Of a DNA stretch of 64,000 nucleotides, positions 58,084 through 64,000 are shown one piece after another. Each line of letters opens with the position of its first letter. Positions within the stretch are counted from its first letter, which is position 1. Made by a program: the position numbers and the translations under genes. Under the pieces are notes generated by a model. It saw only the letters and a program-made list of their open reading frames with translations, was not told the origin of the DNA and ran no database searches. This DNA is from Candidatus Sulfomarinibacteraceae bacterium. GTDB taxonomy: Bacteria; Acidobacteriota; Thermoanaerobaculia; Thermoanaerobaculales; Sulfomarinibacteraceae. Location: contig CAWCLO010000001.1 in assembly GCA_963796455.1 (NCBI GenBank), forward strand, positions 1,056,001 through 1,120,000, given 5' to 3'.

Positions 58084-59592
58084 ATGAATAGCCTCTATTC
58101 CAAACTTTCCGCCGCACTTTTCGGTCTGTTCCTGGTCGTCGGTGGCGTCACGCTCGCGGTGACCCTGGTGACCAGCTATTTCTATCAGCAAGAGGTGCAG
58201 CAACGCATTCACCGCGACCTCGCCGCCCACATCGTGCAGGAGGAGTTGCTCATCGAAAACGGTGAAATCGCCGAGGAGGCGCTGGAACACGTTTTTCACA
58301 TGATGATGGTGATCAACCCCACCATCGAGCTCTACCTGCTCGATCCGACCGGCCATATCCTGGCCTATTCGGCGCCTCCCGGAAAGGTGAAGCTCGCCCG
58401 GGTGAGCCTCGATCCGGTGGCAGACTATGTCGGCGGAGAACCCCGGCTGCCGATCAGGGGCGATGACCCGCGCCATCCCGACAGCCAGAATATCTTTTCC
58501 GCGGCCCCGATCCTCCGCGACGGCAATCTCGAAGGCTACCTCTACATCGTCCTGGCGAGCGAGCATTTCGTGTCGGTGGCGGAGATTCTCCGCGGCAGCT
58601 ACATCCTCCGCGCCGGCGCCGTGGCGGTGGTCGGAATCACGATCCTCGCATTGATCGGCGCCGTCTTGTTGTCCCGTCGACTGACCTCGAGGCTGACCCG
58701 ACTCACCCGCGACATGGCGGACTTTCGCTTTGGATCTCTGGAGACTGACCCGGGAAGCCCCGGGGCCGGCAGATTACCGCCAAACAATGACGAGGTCGAT
58801 GAACTGAGGGTGACATTCGACCAGATGTCGGCTCGAATCGAGGATCAGATCGTCAAGTTGGAGAGTCAAGATCGGTTGCGCCGCGAAATGGTCGCCAATG
58901 TTTCACACGATCTGAGAACCCCTTTGACCCACCTCCACGGCTATCTCGAAACCTTGATGCTCAAGGAGGATTCCCTCGCGCCCGACCAGCGTCGAGAGTA
59001 CCTCGATATCGCTCTCCAGCATGCCAAACGCCTCGGTCGCCTGGTCACAGACCTCTTCGAATTGGCCAAACTCGACGCCCTCTCAGAACCGATGGATCGC
59101 GAACGCATGCCCATCGGGGAGCTGGTCCAGGACATCGCCCAGAAATACCGTCTCCCCGCGGAGGACCGCGGCGTCTCGCTCCAGGCCGAGTTGGCAAACG
59201 AACTGCTCTGGATATCTGCAGATGTGGGCTTGATCGAACGAGCCCTCGAGAACGTCCTCGACAATGCCCTTCGTTACACCCCGGAAGGGGGAAAGATCGA
59301 TATCAGATTGGAACCCCTCGGCGAATGGCTTCGGATCGAGGTTCGCGACACCGGTCCGGGGATCGCAGCAACCGATCTGCCTCTGGTATTCGACAGATTC
59401 CACCGGGTGCAACGATCGGAGGACGAGAGTGGAGATCGGGGCGCCGGTCTGGGTCTGGCCATCGCCAAGCGAGCCGTCGAGCTGCACGGAGGAAATATCC
59501 ATTGCCAGAGCACGGTCGGTGAGGGCACCACCTTTCGCTTCGATTTGCCGACCGAAAACCCCCTCGGGAGCTTACAAACCGCTCCGGCCTGA
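58084..59592 (+). CDS. HAMP-domain sensor histidine kinase
   Basis: Two TMs; SHDLRTPL, NVLDNALRY, DTGPGI, GAGLGLAI. Confidence 0.95.
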   Translation: MNSLYSKLSAALFGLFLVVGGVTLAVTLVTSYFYQQEVQQRIHRDLAAHIVQEELLIENGEIAEEALEHVFHMMMVINPTIELYLLDPTGHILAYSAPPGKVKLARVSLDPVADYVGGEPRLPIRGDDPRHPDSQNIFSAAPILRDGNLEGYLYIVLASEHFVSVAEILRGSYILRAGAVAVVGITILALIGAVLLSRRLTSRLTRLTRDMADFRFGSLETDPGSPGAGRLPPNNDEVDELRVTFDQMSARIEDQIVKLESQDRLRREMVANVSHDLRTPLTHLHGYLETLMLKEDSLAPDQRREYLDIALQHAKRLGRLVTDLFELAKLDALSEPMDRERMPIGELVQDIAQKYRLPAEDRGVSLQAELANELLWISADVGLIERALENVLDNALRYTPEGGKIDIRLEPLGEWLRIEVRDTGPGIAATDLPLVFDRFHRVQRSEDESGDRGAGLGLAIAKRAVELHGGNIHCQSTVGEGTTFRFDLPTENPLGSLQTAPA

Positions 59593-59643
59593 CCAAGAGC
59601 CTCAGCGCCCTGCGTTACGACGACGGCGAAGGGTTGTGCTCAG

Positions 59644-62600
59644 CTATCTCATCCGAAAGGGCTCGGGAGCCTGATCCTCAAAACGCAGGAGATCACGCCG
59701 TGCGCGCTCGGCCAGTGGATCGCCGGTTGCCAAATAGACATCCAGGCGTCTCACGAGAACGCTGTACTCCCAGGGAACGTGCGGCTCGAGCTGATGAAAG
59801 ACCTCCGCCGTCACGTGTGGGCCGAGCATCGAGGCCATGAACAACAGGGCTTGCCGACGATCCTCATTGGCGACCGAAACTGCAAATTCCGACGTCAGCA
59901 CGTCAAAAAAGGCCGGGGCATATTCCGGCCGCTCCTCGGCAATCTCACGAGAGAGGTCGAGGGCGGCTTGAAGAAGGCCTGTCTGAATCCAGGGGTTGCT
60001 TTTCAGCTCGGCGAAAACAGCAATGAGTTGATCCACTGCGGCATCGGCTTCACCCATTCGCCACAGGTAGCGACTGGTGATACTTGCGGACTCGAGGGGC
60101 CACCAGGGTTCGAGCTGGCGCACGAGATCCATCGTGAGGAGGTCGCCCACATCTGCGCTGGCCAGTGCGAGAGCGGCAAGATCTATGAGAAATCGTGGAG
60201 CGACCTCACCCTCTGCCCGCTTCTGGCGAAGGGTTTCCAGATCGCCGGCGAGAAACGACTGGTAGAGATGGCGGGCAGAGTCGGCAGCGGATCCAAAACG
60301 AATATCCGCAGGGACTCCTCCATGAACCACGGCGTGCATCATGACCCGACCCGCATCCACAGCCTCCCAGTCGACGGCACCACCGGCGACACGCGGTCGA
60401 TCGAATCCCTTTTCTTGTGCTGCGGAGCGGAGATCTTCGATATTGAAAACCATTCTGCGCCCGACGGTTCGGGCAAAACCGAACTCCACGAGCATCCGGT
60501 CATCGGTGTTGATCCGGCTCTGACCTTCGGCAATCGCACGAGTGAAGGGCGCTGCGGCCACGAAGTGTGACAGAAAACCCTCCGCATCGTGGGTGCCCCA
60601 CGCCATCGCAAAGGCTGTTCGGAGCGGTTCCATGGCGAGACGCGATCGAAGACGGTCGATGCGCAGGGGGCTCGGGTCCGACATCGAGCACAAGAACATC
60701 ATGTCCACACCATTGGTCTGCCAGATCTCGATAAATGGAAAAACCGACCCGAGAGTCGCGACGACGGTACGAACCGTCTGGGTATCCACCTCGTAGGCCT
60801 GCATCCACTGGGTAAAGATGCCCCCCGGACGCAGTCGATTCGCGACCGCCCGGTAGAATTCGGATGTATACAGGCTGGCGATCCCGGCGCGATAGGGATT
60901 CGACGGCTCCGAAACGATGAGATCGTATTCCTGGCGATTGGCGAGCAGGACTTCGCGCCCGTCCGCGAGAAAGATCTGGCTCTTCGGGTTTTCCAGCACA
61001 TCGGCGTTGACCGGAGTGCAGATTCTGGCGACGTTGACGATCGCCGGTTCGAGCTCGACTGTGTCGACCCTTTCGATGGATTCAATCCGAGCGAGCCAGC
61101 CCGATGTGCTGCCGGTGCCGAGACCGACAACCAGGGCATGACGCGGTTCCGGGTGGATCGCTGCGCTGATCAGACCGGATCCGACCTGGGTCGATGCATC
61201 GGTCTTCGCGTTGCCGTCGTTCTTGCCGTTGACGATGAATGAGATACCGTTGGTCGCCAACAGGGCAACGCTCATTTCAAGGCCCTCTGCCTCCCAACTG
61301 ATGGTTCGCCGTATCTTGTTCGCCCATCGTTGCAGATCGTTTTTCTCCATCCCGATCAGGGTCGCGCGGCCCGCTCCGATGCCGCTGTGGCGCCACACCG
61401 CGGTGGGCCCCTGAAAACTGACGCTGGCAATGGCAGCGACACAGACAAGCGAGGTTCCCGCCAACCCGACGAATCGGCCTCTGTTCCTCATTGCGATGAC
61501 CATTCCGCCGAGCGAAAGCACCACCAGCAGCCAGACGACCAACCGCCAGGAGCCGGGTGCGGTGACAAAGGGCAAGATCAGGAAGCCGCCGAAAATCGAC
61601 CCCGCGATCGCCCCAACCGTGTTCCACGCGTAGGCTGTCCCGAGGTGACGGCCCACATCTTTTCGCCCGGAGCCAAGGAGCCCGATGAGCAGGGGGAACT
61701 GGTAGCCGGCAATCAGGGCAGCCGGAAAGATGACGACCGAGGCCACCACGAACCAACCTGCGAGCAACCCGGTGAATCCCATGACGCCCAGTGCTCGGAG
61801 CAATCCGGCAATCACGGCGATGTCGTCGCCAAAGGCGAAAGGCAGGCCGATCAGCAGGGCTTCGAGGGCGCAGGTGACGGTAAATAAGGCCACAGTCGGC
61901 CGAATCTTCTCTCGACCAACGGAGTACAGTCCCCCTCCTATACCCACTCCGAGAAGTGCCACAACGAGGATCAGGCCAAAGGTGTAGGTGGTCCCACCGA
62001 GAATCGGACCGAGCATTCGGTACCAGACGAGCTCCATGAGAAGGAACGCGAAGCCGACCACTCCGGCGGCGACATAGACAAACGAGGCCGGCACCGTCTC
62101 GGTGTCGGACGAAGGGGTGTTTTGCACCGCTATTTCATCCGAAATCTGCAAAACCGGCATCGTTCGGTTCATCTCTCGTGCCTTGAGGGCTATCAGCACG
62201 TTGATCGCGCACGCCAACCAGAGGGTATTGCGGGTCCCGAATACCTCGAGCATCCAAAAGGTCGAAACAAAGGCACCGAGAACGGCGCCGAGGGTGTTGG
62301 CGCCATAGAGCACCGCAAGATTCCGACGCGAGAGATCCTCCTCGGTCACTACCGATCGGCTTGCCGCCGGCAGGGTCCCCCCCATCAGAAAGGTCGGCAC
62401 CCCAAGGACGAGGGTCGAGAGGAGAAGCCGGACCAGGGTCGCCCCGACCAGGCCGAGGCTGACCGACCCACCCGTTGCGAGGTAAACCATCCTCGAACCG
62501 GCGATGATGAATGGCGTCAACGCGGCGATCACGGCGATCGAGAGCTCGAGCTTCGAATAAAACCCCAACGGCGTTTTCATGCGATCGACCCGGCGCCCGA

Positions 62601-62778
62601 GAATCGCTCCACCGAGACCGAGCCCGCCCATGAAGATCCCCAGAACGGTCGCGGTCGCGGCTGACGACGCGCCAAAAACGAGTCGCAATTCACGCAACCA
62701 GACCACCTGGTAGACCAGCGCACAGGCACCGGATCCAAACAAAAGTAATGCCACGCTCAGCGTGCGTCGGGTCGTCAT
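59644..62778 (-). CDS. Fused membrane domain/spermidine synthase-like protein
   Basis: SGACALVYQVVW, multiple TMs, VGLGTGST, VELEP, DLIVSEPSNP; GGAGG RBS before ATG 62778. Confidence 0.9.
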   Translation of the reverse strand: MTTRRTLSVALLLFGSGACALVYQVVWLRELRLVFGASSAATATVLGIFMGGLGLGGAILGRRVDRMKTPLGFYSKLELSIAVIAALTPFIIAGSRMVYLATGGSVSLGLVGATLVRLLLSTLVLGVPTFLMGGTLPAASRSVVTEEDLSRRNLAVLYGANTLGAVLGAFVSTFWMLEVFGTRNTLWLACAINVLIALKAREMNRTMPVLQISDEIAVQNTPSSDTETVPASFVYVAAGVVGFAFLLMELVWYRMLGPILGGTTYTFGLILVVALLGVGIGGGLYSVGREKIRPTVALFTVTCALEALLIGLPFAFGDDIAVIAGLLRALGVMGFTGLLAGWFVVASVVIFPAALIAGYQFPLLIGLLGSGRKDVGRHLGTAYAWNTVGAIAGSIFGGFLILPFVTAPGSWRLVVWLLVVLSLGGMVIAMRNRGRFVGLAGTSLVCVAAIASVSFQGPTAVWRHSGIGAGRATLIGMEKNDLQRWANKIRRTISWEAEGLEMSVALLATNGISFIVNGKNDGNAKTDASTQVGSGLISAAIHPEPRHALVVGLGTGSTSGWLARIESIERVDTVELEPAIVNVARICTPVNADVLENPKSQIFLADGREVLLANRQEYDLIVSEPSNPYRAGIASLYTSEFYRAVANRLRPGGIFTQWMQAYEVDTQTVRTVVATLGSVFPFIEIWQTNGVDMMFLCSMSDPSPLRIDRLRSRLAMEPLRTAFAMAWGTHDAEGFLSHFVAAAPFTRAIAEGQSRINTDDRMLVEFGFARTVGRRMVFNIEDLRSAAQEKGFDRPRVAGGAVDWEAVDAGRVMMHAVVHGGVPADIRFGSAADSARHLYQSFLAGDLETLRQKRAEGEVAPRFLIDLAALALASADVGDLLTMDLVRQLEPWWPLESASITSRYLWRMGEADAAVDQLIAVFAELKSNPWIQTGLLQAALDLSREIAEERPEYAPAFFDVLTSEFAVSVANEDRRQALLFMASMLGPHVTAEVFHQLEPHVPWEYSVLVRRLDVYLATGDPLAERARRDLLRFEDQAPEPFRMR

Positions 62779-62935
62779 GATGTGGCCTCCAACGGGGTGT
62801 GGCAGTGCCGCTCGGGTCGGCTCGATGTTCAATCAATAGTAGCACCAGCCCTGAGAAATCAGATGAATCCCGGACCACGGATCCCGGACTCCACGCTCCC
62901 GCCGAAATCAGAATGGACGAGGTTAGAATGTCCCC

Positions 62936-63775
62936 ATGAGTTCCGGAATTGACACCGATATCGACGCTGCCGCCCGGGCGATATCCGGCGCCGATGCTCT
63001 GTTCATCACCGCCGGGGCTGGGATGGGGGTCGACTCCGGGTTGCCGGATTTTCGCGGCAACACGGGGTTCTGGAGGGCCTATCCACCGATGAAGCGGCTC
63101 GGCATCTCTTTTGTCGACATGGCGAATCCGGCCTGGTTCTCCCGAGACCCGGCGTTGGCGTGGGGTTTCTACGGCCACCGATTGAAGCTCTACCGACGGA
63201 CCGTGCCGCACCGGGGTTTTGCCCTGCTCAAAAATTGGGCTGCATCGATGAAAGACGGCGGCTTCGTATTTACTTCGAACGTGGACGGGCAGTTCCAACT
63301 GGCCGGTTTTGCTCGCGACGAGGTCTCGGAGTGCCATGGTTCGATCAATCACCTTCAGTGCGCCACACCCTGCCACGAGGATATTTGGAGCGCCGCAGAA
63401 ATGGAGATCGCGGTCGATGAAGAATGTTTTCGGGCGGAAGATCCACTGCCGACCTGCCCGCGTTGCGGGTCGCTGGCCCGTCCCAACGTTCTCATGTTTG
63501 GCGATTGGCATTGGATTCCCAACCGTTGTTCAGCGCAGGAGCGCCGGCTCGAGGACTGGCTCGCCAAGGCCCGCGGAGAACGCCTGGTGATCGTGGAGAT
63601 TGGCGCAGGCTCGGCTGTGCCGACAGTCCGCATGACCTCCGAAAGGGTCGCAACCACGACCGGGGCGACGCTGGTTCGCATCAACCCGCGCGAAGCGCAG
63701 GCGCCTCATGGTCAGATCAGTATCCCGCTCGATGCGCTCGAAGCTCTGCAGTCGATCGACAACCGGCTCGGATAG
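62936..63775 (+). CDS. Sir2-family NAD-dependent deacylase
   Basis: AGAGMGVDSGLPDFRG, TSNVDG, ECHGS, RPNVLMFGD, RINP. Confidence 0.93.
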   Translation: MSSGIDTDIDAAARAISGADALFITAGAGMGVDSGLPDFRGNTGFWRAYPPMKRLGISFVDMANPAWFSRDPALAWGFYGHRLKLYRRTVPHRGFALLKNWAASMKDGGFVFTSNVDGQFQLAGFARDEVSECHGSINHLQCATPCHEDIWSAAEMEIAVDEECFRAEDPLPTCPRCGSLARPNVLMFGDWHWIPNRCSAQERRLEDWLAKARGERLVIVEIGAGSAVPTVRMTSERVATTTGATLVRINPREAQAPHGQISIPLDALEALQSIDNRLG

Positions 63776-63885
63776 TGATCACTGTTCCCAGTCGCTGGTC
63801 TCAGCAGCTGACGCTGAAATTCGGGTACCGTGACGGATTCGGACTCCAAGGCCGGAACAGGTATGATGTCGCTGCGGAGGAAACA

Positions 63886-64000
63886 ATGGCAAAGATTTGG
63901 ATTCTACGGGGCCCACACGAGGCCCCCGGTTGGAATGTATTGCGAAAGAAATACGAAGACGAGGAGGTGGAAATCATCCATCTCGATGCCAAGGTCTGGG
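63886..64000 (+). CDS. Hypothetical protein, 5' end only
   Basis: TATGAT hexamer and GGAGGA RBS, then MAKIWILRGPHEAPGW..., open to the window end. Confidence 0.6.
   Translation, partial: MAKIWILRGPHEAPGWNVLRKKYEDEEVEIIHLDAKVW

Noticed and set aside
63776..63830. Possible fifth element end (GATCACTGTT...GCTG units)
   Set aside because: Match is about 10 nt with no array, hairpin or ORF remnant.

Overview
GC-rich bacterial chromosomal window. The gene content and style suggest Acidobacteriota (Thermoanaerobaculia-like); this is an inference. It holds about 45 CDSs: hrcA-grpE-dnaK, an MglA-type GTPase, a LysM lytic transglycosylase, a long GreA, a lipid A acyltransferase, nth, a frameshifted alpha-2-macroglobulin, an ECF sigma/anti-sigma pair, rarA, lptE, carD, a cysteine desulfurase, P5C dehydrogenase, a spondin gene with a two-component system, and a sirtuin. 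No rRNA, tRNA, CRISPR array, transposase or reverse transcriptase was found. Two things stand out. (1) A repeated element occurs four times: two intact copies, one internally deleted and one 5'-truncated. It carries only a four-helix-bundle (23S-IVP/Avd-like) ORF, preceded by a ~140-nt hairpin that covers its RBS, and is bounded by inward-facing CAG/CTG short-repeat arrays and degenerate terminal inverted repeats. Several other 7-10-mer intergenic arrays occur in the window. (2) A ~2060-aa protein fuses an M50-like membrane domain, a circularly permuted enolase, an unknown middle region and the ATP-grasp plus phospho-His domains of pyruvate phosphate dikinase. Other points are many apparently leaderless genes, an orphan terminase small subunit and a candidate sRNA. 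All family assignments come from motif recognition by eye, not database searches.
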